DNA of 64,000 nt from Candidatus Latescibacterota bacterium (GCA_965261395.1 OZ253462.1:3104001-3168000), one strand, 5' to 3'. Shown: positions 18,563 through 29,344, numbered from the stretch's first letter. The notes: generated by a model not told the origin, from the letters alone. Translations and numbers: made by a program.

Positions 18563-19456
18563 ATGATATTCACCGATGCGCAATTGGCTCAGTACGAAGA
18601 GCAAGGCGCCGTGACCATCGACAGCCCCTTCACCACCGAGCAGTTGGACCGAGCCGAGGCGGCGTGGGACCGCTTGCGGCACCAAGGCGGTGAACCGCAC
18701 GAGGATCCGGATTACATCGAAGTCATCCAGCACCCGTACTTTGAGGAGGTGGCCAAAAAGCTGCTGCGCGCCGAGGCGGTCCATTTGTGGTGGGGCTTGG
18801 CCCCCCACGAGCGGGCCCCGGCCTCAGCGCCGTACGCCGACCCCCGCCAGCAGTGGGCGCGCGGGTGCCACGTGGACATCCAGGCCACGCTGGAGGATTT
18901 TGCGGCCACTCCCCGCCGGATGCGGGCCGAGTTGTGGTTCTGGCTCAACGATGTGCCCGCGCACCGCGGTGCCATGCGCATCCTGCCCGGCAGCCACCGC
19001 TCCATCATGGCGCACTGGAGTCGGGTCCTCCGGCCCGAGCACAAAGCCGAACTGCCCCGCGTGCACGGCCTGCGGCCGGCTCCCGTCCCGTCGACTGCGT
19101 CCGCTTTCCCCGAGTACGTCCCGGACCTGGGCGAAAGGCCCTGGCTCGAGTGCGAGCCCATCCCCGCAGTGGCGCGCCGGGGACAGATCCTAGTGCTCTG
19201 CAGCGCCGGACTGCACTCGGCTTGGCAGAATGAGGACACCGTGCCCCGCAAAGCCATGGGCACCTCGTGGGTCGCCGCCGGAGTTTCATGCGGCCTGCCC
19301 AAGAACCAGCGCGACGCCCTGATGGATTTCTTCCCCCGGCTGCGGCGCCAACTGCGCCCGGACCGCGCCCACATTGCGCCGGATCATTTCGACTGGCTCT
19401 TTGAAAGCGACTACGATCCGCTTTGGCCGGAGACTTTTCCGCCCTCCCATTCATAG
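18563..19456 (+). CDS. phytanoyl-CoA dioxygenase family (Fe/2OG)
   Basis: HVD facial-triad start, GAMRILPGSH, LHSAWQN...R. Confidence 0.78.
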   Translation: MIFTDAQLAQYEEQGAVTIDSPFTTEQLDRAEAAWDRLRHQGGEPHEDPDYIEVIQHPYFEEVAKKLLRAEAVHLWWGLAPHERAPASAPYADPRQQWARGCHVDIQATLEDFAATPRRMRAELWFWLNDVPAHRGAMRILPGSHRSIMAHWSRVLRPEHKAELPRVHGLRPAPVPSTASAFPEYVPDLGERPWLECEPIPAVARRGQILVLCSAGLHSAWQNEDTVPRKAMGTSWVAAGVSCGLPKNQRDALMDFFPRLRRQLRPDRAHIAPDHFDWLFESDYDPLWPETFPPSHS

Positions 19457-19507
19457 GCGAGGACTCCGCGCTCTACAAGCCTCGATTCCGCCGGCTGAGC
19501 TTTTCCG

Positions 19508-20638
19508 CTAGCTCCTCCGGGAACTCGGCTGGACCTCTGCGACGAAGAAGTCGTCGGGGAGGATGCTCTTGGTCTCGACCGCGTGACTGTACTCCGGCAG
19601 CCCGATTGTCGTCACCACGCCCATGGCCGTGAAGTGCTCGCACTCGCCGCTGGCCCCGCTCTTATTGCCCCCGCTGTGGCCGCGCAGCCAAGCGGCGTCG
19701 ATGACGCGCATCCCCTTCCACATGCCCCGGGTGGCATTGAGGTGGCCGAAGCGCGCCAGATCAGAGGCGCTGATGACCACCCAACCCGGGCCGCTGCGCA
19801 CAACCTGGCCGCCAATTTCGTAGGGTGGGTCGAGGTAGGTGTATGCGTCCGGAATGGCGGGATAGAGGTATTTCCGCTCTTTCACTTCGCCGCCGGCGAG
19901 CCAGTCCCAGCGCTCGTACGGGATGCCAATGGCGTCGAACAGGCGCTCCTGGACCACGTCCTTGAGGTCGCGGCCCCAAACGTAGGTCAGCGCTTGGCCC
20001 AACCGCCAGAAGCCGGCGCTGCTGTACAGCCCCTCGGTGCCCGGTTCGGCATGGGCGTAGCAGTCGCAGAAGGGATCGCCCGTCCAATTGGCCCATTCGG
20101 GGACGCCAGAAACCGCGTCCCGCTCTTCGAGACCAGTGCGCTGCTCCCGCCAGCGGATGCCGATTTCAAAGGGGAAGCCGCCCCAGTGCAGGCTCTCATC
20201 GCGCCGCCCAATCAAGTGGCGCCAGGTGAGTTTTTGGTGGTGGCCGCAATCGAGGTACTTGTGCTCGTGCGATAGCTGCCCGGCTCCGGTCCACGTTTGG
20301 TGGATCGGCTCGTCCGGGTCGAGGAGGCCGTCGCCAACGGCCGCGCCCAGCGCCACCCACGTTAAGGCCTTGCCGACCGAGGCTGTCTGATGCCGATAGT
20401 GGCGGTCGCCCCAAGCGTGCACCAGGTATCCGCCGCGCGTGAGCACGGTGCCGTACTGGTCGCCGCTGTGGTCCTCGCCGCCAAAGCTCGCCCCCCTGAC
20501 ATCAAGGCTGGCCAGCCAGGCGGCGAATTTCCGCGCATCGAGACCGGCTTCGGCGGGCGTGATCTGCACCCAGTCGCGATCCGGGTACGCGACCCAGTCC
20601 GGTACTTGTACCGTTGCCGTCGGGGCGATCAGATTCAT
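19508..20638 (-). CDS. serine hydrolase (class C beta-lactamase-like)
   Basis: SVGK (SxxK), YSS, SASDLARFG. Confidence 0.7.
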   Translation of the reverse strand: MNLIAPTATVQVPDWVAYPDRDWVQITPAEAGLDARKFAAWLASLDVRGASFGGEDHSGDQYGTVLTRGGYLVHAWGDRHYRHQTASVGKALTWVALGAAVGDGLLDPDEPIHQTWTGAGQLSHEHKYLDCGHHQKLTWRHLIGRRDESLHWGGFPFEIGIRWREQRTGLEERDAVSGVPEWANWTGDPFCDCYAHAEPGTEGLYSSAGFWRLGQALTYVWGRDLKDVVQERLFDAIGIPYERWDWLAGGEVKERKYLYPAIPDAYTYLDPPYEIGGQVVRSGPGWVVISASDLARFGHLNATRGMWKGMRVIDAAWLRGHSGGNKSGASGECEHFTAMGVVTTIGLPEYSHAVETKSILPDDFFVAEVQPSSRRS

Positions 20639-20657
20639 GGTTCAACTCCTTTCGACC

Positions 20658-21737
20658 CTAGTCGACTAACTCGCTGCCTCGGCGGTTGGCGACGGAGCGC
20701 GGCGTCAGGTCGAAGAGGGTCTCGTGCCCGTGGAAGAAGCGGTCGAGTTCGTCGACCATCAGCTCGAAAAAACGCGGGTAGCTCTGCTCTGTCACGCCGG
20801 CGATGTGGGGGGTGACGAAGACGTTTTCCAAGTGGAGAACCTCCTTGTCGCCATAGGCGTCCTCCGCTCCCACATCCGGGTCGAACACGTCTAGGCCGGC
20901 GACGATGTCGCCCCGCTTGAGCCGCCTCACCAGCGCATCCGAATCCACTACTTTGCCCCGAGACACATTGACGAACACCGCGCCCGGCCGGATCAGGTCC
21001 AGCTCCCGTTGTCCAATCATGCGCTCGGTGCGCGGGGTGTGCGGGGCTAGGCAGACGATGGCGTCGCATTGGGACATCACGTTGTCCAACGAGGTTTTGA
21101 GGAAGCCGACGGCGTCTGCCATCTCCCGCGCCAGATAGGGATCGCACACCCACACCTCGGTTTGGAAGGGGCGCAAAAACTGGATTAGCCGTCGGCCAAT
21201 ATGGCCGCAGCCGATCAGGCCGACTCGCTTGCCGGTTAGATCGCCGTGGATAAAGCCAAAGTCGCTGTGCGGACGAGGGCTCACATCGCCGGCGATGAGG
21301 CGGCGGAATTGGGCACCGGCGTTGCGCAGGGAGATGATGATGAGCGCCAAGGCCCACTCGGACACTGGATACGACGAGCCGTTGGTCGTATCGACCGTAC
21401 AGACGCCCCGTTCCCAAGCGGCTTCGACGTCGATGCGGCTGGCAAAGCGGTCGCCCTCTAGCTCGCCGATTATCTTCAGGTCGGGGGCTTGATCCAAGAT
21501 CGCGGCATCGATCGTTGGGCAACCGTGGCAGACTACTAACCCGTCGTAACTACCTAGCCGCTCGCCCAACGCCCGGGCGGTTTCGGGGTCTGCGTTGGTG
21601 TCGTAAATGCTGCCGCCCTCGCATTCGAACCAGTCCCAGTCGGCGAAGGCTTCGAGGCGTGCGAAATCGGTCGCGGCGAGGTACTGCTCGCGCACGTGCT
21701 TGTTGCAGGCGATGAGTATTTGGGGGCGTGCGTTCAT
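20658..21737 (-). CDS. D-isomer-specific 2-hydroxyacid dehydrogenase
   Basis: GCGHIG Rossmann motif, NVSRG, LDVFD, TPHIAG. Confidence 0.9.
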   Translation of the reverse strand: MNARPQILIACNKHVREQYLAATDFARLEAFADWDWFECEGGSIYDTNADPETARALGERLGSYDGLVVCHGCPTIDAAILDQAPDLKIIGELEGDRFASRIDVEAAWERGVCTVDTTNGSSYPVSEWALALIIISLRNAGAQFRRLIAGDVSPRPHSDFGFIHGDLTGKRVGLIGCGHIGRRLIQFLRPFQTEVWVCDPYLAREMADAVGFLKTSLDNVMSQCDAIVCLAPHTPRTERMIGQRELDLIRPGAVFVNVSRGKVVDSDALVRRLKRGDIVAGLDVFDPDVGAEDAYGDKEVLHLENVFVTPHIAGVTEQSYPRFFELMVDELDRFFHGHETLFDLTPRSVANRRGSELVD

Positions 21738-21761
21738 GGTTGCAGTCTCCGTTTAAGTTAG

Positions 21762-23003
21762 TTATTCCACTTCCACTAACACTTGGCGTTGGGCTGGGTC
21801 AAAGGCGACTAAAGTAGCTCCGTCCTCTAACAGGAAAGTGTCGCTTTTGAAAGAGGCACGGCTCGAAGCTCGCGTCAATGGGCGGCCATCTACCCGCACT
21901 GAGCGCACCTGCCCATCTGTCAGGCGCAGGGTCAAATCAGGGGTCTGCACCGGCAGGTCGAGGCGGATGGTGTTGCCCTCTACTGAAATCTCGGCCATTG
22001 CGCGGGTGCAGGCATAGGTGGTGATCTGGCTACAGGTGCGCCATTGGGTGCGCTCTCCTCTGGGATCGCGCTCGGCGAGGCGGCTCACCACCTTCTTGAA
22101 TGCCTTAAAGCCGCGCCGGTCCTCATCGTGTAGCCCATAAAACCCCTGCCAATGGCTGATGAGCACAGCCGGCTCGCCCGCGTCAATGAGGGCCGGTAGG
22201 CGGCCGCTTTCTAGGTCGGGAGCGATGTACTTGTCGGGATCGACCTCGCCATACCCGGTCCAACTGCCAGTCCAGTCGCCGGTGGAGGCGATGATTTCGC
22301 CAGTGGCTTGGCCGGTCTGGCGATCGGGGTACCACACGGGGGTATCCACCGTGGCCTCCCTAGAGATCCGCTGAAAAAAGTAGGGCACGGGGTTGCCCGT
22401 GACTTGGCGCACGGCCTCGCCAGCACAGTGGGCGTAAAAGGGCAAGGTGCGGCCGCCGAAACCGCCCGGTGAGGTTACCCCTTGGGGCGTCAAGCCCACA
22501 GCGACTAAAATGCGGCATGCTTGGGCGATGTACTCGGTGACCAATTCTTCTTGATCTTCGGGCAGCGTGGCCCACTCGTATTGCTCCCATATTCTGGAGG
22601 GGAGCGGCTGCAAGGTTTTGGGATCTAGCACGAACGTATGGGTGAGCATCTCGGGCGTGATGTCGAAGGCAGGGACGATTACCTCGCGGCACATGGCCAG
22701 CCATTCGTCTTGCTGGGCTTTGCTGAAGAGGGGCAGCCCCTCGTCGATGCGCCCTAGAGCCGCCGGACAGGGCACCACCGAGAACTTGCCCCGGACGCCG
22801 CTTGTTAGGCACCACTCGGCAAATTCACGGGTAAAGGACGTAGGATGGGCCACCGGCACATCCTCCCAGCGCTGGGGACGGCCCTCGGCGATAGTGCGAT
22901 CGCGGAGGAAGAAATAGTTGAGGTTGACCAGCACCGTGGAATCGTCGAAGATGATGGACAAGGGCACTCGATCGAGGGCGTGACGGGCGATTTCAGCGAA
23001 CAG
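21762..23003 (-). CDS. hypothetical protein, possible polysaccharide deacetylase-like barrel
   Basis: VPLSIIFDDS, PEMLTH, SPGGFG, SHWQ; SD AAGGAGGT precedes a CTG at 23003 (see findings). Confidence 0.5.
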   Translation of the reverse strand: MFAEIARHALDRVPLSIIFDDSTVLVNLNYFFLRDRTIAEGRPQRWEDVPVAHPTSFTREFAEWCLTSGVRGKFSVVPCPAALGRIDEGLPLFSKAQQDEWLAMCREVIVPAFDITPEMLTHTFVLDPKTLQPLPSRIWEQYEWATLPEDQEELVTEYIAQACRILVAVGLTPQGVTSPGGFGGRTLPFYAHCAGEAVRQVTGNPVPYFFQRISREATVDTPVWYPDRQTGQATGEIIASTGDWTGSWTGYGEVDPDKYIAPDLESGRLPALIDAGEPAVLISHWQGFYGLHDEDRRGFKAFKKVVSRLAERDPRGERTQWRTCSQITTYACTRAMAEISVEGNTIRLDLPVQTPDLTLRLTDGQVRSVRVDGRPLTRASSRASFKSDTFLLEDGATLVAFDPAQRQVLVEVE

Positions 23004-23172
23004 GGGACACCTCCTTTGTTGTAACAATCTGCCGTGGCTGAGCGGCTTTTGGCGTCTAATATACTATGCTCTCTTGCCGTTACAAAAACTACACCCAATG
23101 GGGCAAATCCGCCGCGCACCGGCTGGGGTTGACTCCTGATCTGCTAGGTGCGGCCTGTGGGGGATACGACCC

Positions 23173-25860
23173 GTGACTAGTCGCCCGCGCGCCGCCGTGC
23201 GCCTCGCCGGTGCGGCTCTGCTGCTCAGTGGCTTGGCCCTCAATCCGCTGGCCCCCGCGCATTTTTCTTTAGGGCATCCGCTTAGCACCGAGAGTATCAT
23301 CGCCCTCCAGATCGCCTTGATTTTTGGCGGCGGTTGGCTCGTTTGGCGATGTCCCCGGCTGCCGCTAGTTCCCATTGTACTCGTTGCCCTCGCCTTTGGC
23401 GCCCTGGCCATTCTCGGGGGATACGGTACGGTCCGCTCACTGCAAAAGGTGCAGGAACGCAACCGGCTTTTGGCGACTATTGACCGCAGCGAAGAGGTAC
23501 AGCAGCACCTGAGCGGCGAGGCCCTGCCGCTCCTCGTTTTGGGGATCTACCAAGGACAACTGCCCGCGCCGCCGGCTCGCGCGCTTTTTGCCGCCACGGT
23601 TGCGGTCGCGGATGTAGAGCAGACCGCAGAGGCGACCGAAGTTGTCCCGGCGTTGGGCATTAAGCGTCAGCACTGGCGGATTGCTTCTATCGAACAGTTC
23701 CGGGGCTCCGACCTCCAGCTATGGGGGTCGCTTTTTGCCGCGCTGCATTCCTGCGACTATGCGGCCTTCCACATTGAGACCGGGCATTTCCTCGACGCGG
23801 AGGCGACACTCTACCAAGCCCGCTTGCGCTTCAACGCTTCGGCGCAGACAAAAGACGGGGAGCGAGCGCAAATTCGGGCTTGGCTGACGCTCGACTGGCA
23901 GCGGCAGGAAGATGCCTCTTGGCGGATTCAGCGCTGGGAGACCGAATCGCTGGAGATGCTCACGCGGGCGCACGCGCTGTTTGCCGAAGTCCTCGACGGG
24001 GCGCTCCCGCGCGACGAGGACCGCACCCGGGCTAGGTTTTCGCGCCACGCCGAACTGGTGCGTCAGTCGTTTTTCGACTCCGCGTTCACCGCACCGCATC
24101 GCTATTTCACCCGCCAGGCCTTTGACCGCCATCCCGGCATCAGCGTCGTGGATATTGACGCCGATGGGTACGACGACCTGTACATTGCCGGGCGCCAAGG
24201 TAGGAACATGCTGTTGCACAATGGCGGCGACGGCACGTTCACTGAGCGCGCGGCCCAATACGGCCTCGATGTGGAGCACCACACCGCGGCTGCGCTCTTC
24301 GCCGACTTTGACAACGACGGCGACCCGGATGTCTTCCTCGGTCGCACGCTCGCGTCTAGCCTCTACTTGGTCAACGAGGACGGTCGCTTTGCCCCCCGCG
24401 ACTTAGGCGATGGCGTCTTGCCGTTCCTCGTGGCCTCGATCTCAGCGGCCGATTACGACGGCGACGGCCTGCTCGACGTGTACTTCTCCACGTATGCCGC
24501 GCGGATGTTGCTCGAAGCGGTCGCCACCGCGTCTGGCGCAAGCGCGCTGTTGGCCGACTTCCTGTCTGCGGACCACGCTCGCACGCTCTACGACCTGAGC
24601 CGCGACCGCATTGGCCACCTCATCCACGACGCGCCCGGGCCGCCCAACGTCCTACTGCGCAACCTCGGCAACGGCCGCTTTGCACCCACTGCCGCGGTGT
24701 GGCGCAATACCTTACAGGCGACTTGGGCCGACTACGACCGCGACGGCGACCCGGATCTCTACCTCGCCAACGACTTTGCCGCCAACAACTTGCTCCGCAA
24801 TGACGGCGGTGCCCTCGTCGATGTCACCGCCGCGAGCGGGGTTGCGGATCCGGGCTTTGGCATGGGTGCGAGCTGGGCCGATTACGACGGAGATGGCCGC
24901 CAAGACCTGTACGTGACCAACATGCACAGCAGCGCCGGTCGCCGCATCACGGCAGCCGCTGGGCGGGCGGGCGCGGCGTTTGCCCCTTTGGCCCGGGGGA
25001 ACTCCCTCCTGAGGAACGGCAGCAAGGGCTTCACTCGCGTTGCGGATTCGCCGGTGGAGGACGGCGGCTGGGGTTGGGGCGGCCAGTTTTTGGACTTTGA
25101 CAACGACGGCGACCTCGACATCTACGCTCTGAGTGGCTACTACACCCCGCCGTCCGCAGTCGCTCTTCCCGAAGATACCTGAAGCCTGTTTTGGCGCACG
25201 GTCGTGCGTCATGGCCGGACGGATGGGGCGTACAACGTAGGAGCGCGGCTCAACGCTGGGGCCTCACTCAGCGGAGACCAGCGCAACCGCCTCTTTCTCA
25301 ATGTAGAAGGCCGCGATTTTATTGAACTGTCGGGCTTGTCGGCGGTGGATTCGCCGGCGGATGGCCGCGCCTTCGCCACCTTGGACTTCGACCGCGACGG
25401 CCGCATTGATTTGGCCGTCGTCAATGCCAATGAGCCGCTCTGCGAGCTGTTTGCCAACCGCAGCAAGGCGGGGCACATCCTCGCGTTGCGGTTTGTGGGG
25501 GGTAATAAGCACGATGAGATCTCGCGTGAATGGAGTACACGCGATGGGTATGGCGTACAAGTGGAAGTGGATGTCGGCGGGAGGACGCTGTTGCGCGAGC
25601 ATCGGGCTGGCGAGGGCTTCTCGGCCCAGAACAGCGCGACCTTGATTGTCGGCTTAGGCGCACATCAACGAGCGGATGCCGTGCGCGTGCGCTGGCCTTC
25701 GGGCCGCACCCAGCACACAACCGACGTGGAGGCCGGTTCGCTGTTGACCGCGTACGAAAACTCTCGGCACTCGCCTACGGGGGCGGCGTTTGTAACCGCG
25801 CCATACTACGTGCCCCCAGATAGCAGCCGACCGCGGCTCCCCGCGCGCCGGCAATTTTAA
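23173..25860 (+). CDS. CRTAC1/FG-GAP + ASPIC-UnbV protein with in-frame UGA at codon 670 (candidate selenoprotein, 895 aa)
   Basis: ORFs 23173-25182 and 25183-25860 are in the same frame and together give the complete architecture seen in the paralogues at 937 and 54432; SECIS-like hairpin follows the UGA. Confidence 0.72.
25183..25215 (+). promoter_or_regulatory. putative bacterial SECIS element
   Basis: Stem TGGCGCAC (25192-25199) / GTGCGTCA (25204-25211), 8 bp with one G-U pair; loop GGTC starts 17 nt after the UGA. Confidence 0.68.
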
Positions 25861-25884
25861 CTGTTAGTCCAGGAGGTATAAAAA

Positions 25885-26610
25885 ATGGTTGCTAATGTTG
25901 CTCATCGGGGTGCGTCGGGAAACTATCCCGAAAATACGTTGATCGCCTTTCAGAAGGCGTTAGAAATTGGCGTTGATGAGATTGAGCTAGATCTCCACAT
26001 GACAAAGGATGACCATCTAATTGTCATGCACGACTCAACCGTAGACCGAACGACAGATGGCACGGGCGCGATTGCAAAACTCACACTAACTGAGATCAAA
26101 GCCCTTGACGCCGGAGGAGTGTTTGGTGAACAGTTTCGGGGTGAGCGTGTGCCAACATGGGAGGAAGCATTAGACCTCGTACAAGGGAAGGTTAGACTCA
26201 ATGTCCACCTCAAAGAAGGGGGCAATCCAGACGGTCGCTATGAACGCAAGGTTGCACAGGCATTGCGCGAGTTTCAGATGGTAGAGGCTTCTATTTTGGC
26301 ATGCAGCGATAAAAGCGTTGGGATTTTTGCCGAGATTGACTCGCGGATTGAGTGCCGGATTTTTCGCGCGAATCGCACACCAGAGGAATATATCCGAAAA
26401 TCGGCAGAGATGGAGCTGCGGACGATGCAGCCGGGACGGGACATCACGACTCGGGAGTTTGTCCAAAAGGCACATGCGGCAGGACGAGTTGTGCACGTCT
26501 TCTATGCGGATACCCCTGAAGATATGCGAGCTTACATCGAGATCGGCGTTGATGGGATTTTGACAAACTATCCGGAACGACTGCAAGCGATCCTCACAGA
26601 AATTGAGTAG
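25885..26610 (+). CDS. glycerophosphodiester phosphodiesterase family
   Basis: AHRGAS..PENT, IELD, HD..VDRTT, GVDGILTNYP; AGGAGGT SD. Confidence 0.9.
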   Translation: MVANVAHRGASGNYPENTLIAFQKALEIGVDEIELDLHMTKDDHLIVMHDSTVDRTTDGTGAIAKLTLTEIKALDAGGVFGEQFRGERVPTWEEALDLVQGKVRLNVHLKEGGNPDGRYERKVAQALREFQMVEASILACSDKSVGIFAEIDSRIECRIFRANRTPEEYIRKSAEMELRTMQPGRDITTREFVQKAHAAGRVVHVFYADTPEDMRAYIEIGVDGILTNYPERLQAILTEIE

Positions 26611-26618
26611 AAGAAATA

Positions 26619-28043
26619 TCATGGTACCAACTTTTTGAACACAAAAGCTCCCAACTCGTAGCTAATTACGCGCTCATCGTCGTCAAACTTAAAGAGGGCG
26701 ATTTCTCCGGCTGCACGACCTCCACAAACAAGCCATTCCTCCTCCTTGTCTGTCGGTTCGAGGACTGCCGGGGCATGTAGGGAATACGCCGACCCAGCGT
26801 GAGCCGCAAGCCGTAGGCTGCCGTCGCGCACCTCAATATCCACCTCAATGCCCGGCTCGGCGCGATAATAACCGACAAAACGCCGCCATGCCTCTGGCGT
26901 TGGTGCAAGCGCTGGCTGCTCTGGTACAAGCGGCACCGCTTCGTCGGCATTCAGTACCATTTCAAGTACTTCCTGTGCAATCTCAAGACCTTCGGGCGGG
27001 GGCCACATGTTGATGAGAACAACCACACCGGTTTTCCGCGGAACGTTAAACCACACCTGTGTTCCAAAGCCGTGAATCCCGCCACCGTGATTGTGATAGA
27101 TATGGTCGCCGATGCGGGTTGCTCGCCAGCCTAGACATTGCCCCGCCGACCAGTCCGGCTCGACATATTGCGGTTGTTGAATCTCCACCAGTGTTGATCC
27201 CTTGAGTACCTGTGCCCCGCGGCGATCGCCGCCGTCGCTTTGGAATTGGAACGATACCCACTTTGCCAAGTCGCTGACGGTGGAATGCAGTTGCCCCGCC
27301 GCTGAAATCCCGTTCAGGTGGGCGTAAGGAGCACGTTCAGGACGGTCTTGGTAGGGCGTCGGGTTATAACCGACAAAGAAGTGAGGACGCAATTCGTCCG
27401 TGAGGTCGAAGACCGTGGACGCTAGACCGAGCGGCTCAATAATATTGGCGTGGACGTATTCGATGTATGGCGTGCCGGTGACCCTGTACACCACCTCGCC
27501 GAGTAACCCAAATGCAAGGTTTGAGTATTTGAAAGCGGAGTCCTGCGGGATGACAATCCCTGTCTCCGGCAGTTTGCCAAGCATCTCCTCGCGGCTTGGG
27601 AAGTCGAGATCATGCCAACCGTGCGTCGGCGACTCGGTGACCAATCCGGAGCGATGTGTCAACAATCGTCGGAGCGTCACACCATCGACATCGCCGCGGA
27701 TAGCGCGAGCTGAAGCAAATTCGGGAATGTGCTGTGCCAGTGGATCGTCCAACTTGAGTTGTCCCGCATCCCGCAACTGCATAATCGCAGTTGTCGTGAA
27801 TGTCTTGGTCACGGAGGCGATGCGGGCAATCGTGCTTGCAGTAGGTTTTTTGCCCGAATCAAGATCCGCTGCACCGAACCCGCCGAACCAAGCGAGTTCT
27901 CGATCGCGGATAATGCCGAGTGCGATACCGGGAAGTCTATGCTTGGCAACCGTTGTTGCTGCCAAGCGTTCGATGTCTGGTACCAAGGTTTGGAGAACAC
28001 AATCTGCCATTTGCTTTCCCAAATCCCATGGGCTGCCAATCAC
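26619..28043 (-). CDS. serine hydrolase, beta-lactamase/AmpC-like family
   Basis: SVTK, LLTHRSGL, YSN, HGG; start may be the ATG at 28010. Confidence 0.88.
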   Translation of the reverse strand: MIGSPWDLGKQMADCVLQTLVPDIERLAATTVAKHRLPGIALGIIRDRELAWFGGFGAADLDSGKKPTASTIARIASVTKTFTTTAIMQLRDAGQLKLDDPLAQHIPEFASARAIRGDVDGVTLRRLLTHRSGLVTESPTHGWHDLDFPSREEMLGKLPETGIVIPQDSAFKYSNLAFGLLGEVVYRVTGTPYIEYVHANIIEPLGLASTVFDLTDELRPHFFVGYNPTPYQDRPERAPYAHLNGISAAGQLHSTVSDLAKWVSFQFQSDGGDRRGAQVLKGSTLVEIQQPQYVEPDWSAGQCLGWRATRIGDHIYHNHGGGIHGFGTQVWFNVPRKTGVVVLINMWPPPEGLEIAQEVLEMVLNADEAVPLVPEQPALAPTPEAWRRFVGYYRAEPGIEVDIEVRDGSLRLAAHAGSAYSLHAPAVLEPTDKEEEWLVCGGRAAGEIALFKFDDDERVISYELGAFVFKKLVP

Positions 28044-28089
28044 GCATCCCGTGCGCGAATGCGGCCAACGCCGTGCTCGAAGCGGTCGC

Positions 28090-29247
28090 CTACGCTTGAT
28101 CCAGCGCCCACCGGGTAGCCGCCACGTGAGTTACGCTGTCGCCGAGGGTCATGTAGTACAGGGTGAACAGCGAGCCGTCCGAAAGCTCGACTGTCCGTGG
28201 ATAACCCAGATCGGCGGGCGTGCCTTTCCCGGCCACCGTCCCATCGGTGGTGAGACCGTCGTCGCGCAGTACGATCTCGTCTGCGATTTCCCACGTTTCG
28301 CAGCCGTCGCGAGACAGGCAGCCCCGCACCCCGTATGGAGCCCGCCGGTATCCGTAGCTGCAGAGGACATCGCCGCTGCTTAGCAGCAACAGGTGAGGAG
28401 GATATCCCCACATCTCGGTCTTTCTGACCTTACTCCAGGTTTTCCCGCCGTCGTCCGAGTGCGTCTGAAACAGGTACTTTTCTTCCTGTGGAATGGCTTT
28501 GCTGCCGCTGGACGTGCGCACCATCGCCACGATGCGTCCGTTCGGCAGCGCCAGGAGGTAGCTCTCGTTGAACGGATGCTCCCCGCCGTCGTACGCCATC
28601 GTCACCATCTCCCAGGTGTCGCCGCCATCTTCCGAGCGCAGCACCCAGGCCTGGAACGGATCGCCTGCCGAGGCGCTGCCGTACACCTGATGCACGATCG
28701 TATCGTCCGCGAGAACGCAGCTCTTCAGGTCAGCCCCGTTGCGGATCAGGGCGAAGAACGGCAGCTCTTCACCGCTCCTGAGCAGACGACTCTCCCAGTC
28801 GCTTTCTCCCGGTCGCTTTCGCGACATCTGCAGGCTGTGCTCCACGTGGATGCGTTCGGGGAACTCCTCCACCGCAAAACCGCGTCGCGCGAACTCCTCC
28901 CTGCGCTCGGGCGGGTACGCGTTGACGGGCCTGGAGATCCTGATCTGGGTGCCGTCGCTCAGCACGGCGCTTCTCTGCGTCTCCGGGCATTCGCGGTACT
29001 GGTCGTCCTTCCCCTCCTCGAACCAGCTGCCTCCGCCGTCCGGAGAGAACAGCTCCACGTGACCGGTTGCGCCTCCCGCCAGTCCACCTGAATGAGAGTG
29101 CGCTGCACCTTCGACGCCACGCGCCAGCGGCGTGTGGGAGTTCCAGTTGAAACCGACCCAGAGCTCGTCGCGGTCTCCCTTTACCACGGTCGGGAAGCTG
29201 GAATACCGAGCGTCGTCCCAGTACAACACGGAATGATTCATAGGCAT
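28090..29247 (-). CDS. BNR/Asp-box sialidase-like protein
   Basis: SPDGGGSW, SEDGGDTW, SDDGGKTW, SRDGCETW, DLGYP. Confidence 0.8.
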   Translation of the reverse strand: MPMNHSVLYWDDARYSSFPTVVKGDRDELWVGFNWNSHTPLARGVEGAAHSHSGGLAGGATGHVELFSPDGGGSWFEEGKDDQYRECPETQRSAVLSDGTQIRISRPVNAYPPERREEFARRGFAVEEFPERIHVEHSLQMSRKRPGESDWESRLLRSGEELPFFALIRNGADLKSCVLADDTIVHQVYGSASAGDPFQAWVLRSEDGGDTWEMVTMAYDGGEHPFNESYLLALPNGRIVAMVRTSSGSKAIPQEEKYLFQTHSDDGGKTWSKVRKTEMWGYPPHLLLLSSGDVLCSYGYRRAPYGVRGCLSRDGCETWEIADEIVLRDDGLTTDGTVAGKGTPADLGYPRTVELSDGSLFTLYYMTLGDSVTHVAATRWALDQA

Positions 29248-29344
29248 ATTGGTTCAAATGCTATAGATTCGCCCCAATTGCAAACCGTCCAATGATAGAC
29301 AAACCGCGGGCGCGCGCAAAACGCGGGTCTGCAACGAGGGCATC

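Noticed and set aside
25180-25182. Genome-wide UGA reassignment (code 4 or 25)
   Set aside because: Many complete genes here end in TGA, including coupled GTGA overlaps at 11093-11096 and 56030-56033.
25204-25860. Independent 218-aa ASPIC/UnbV gene starting at GTG 25204
   Set aside because: No SD, the GTG is buried in the hairpin, there is no signal peptide, and it is in frame with and completes the upstream ORF.
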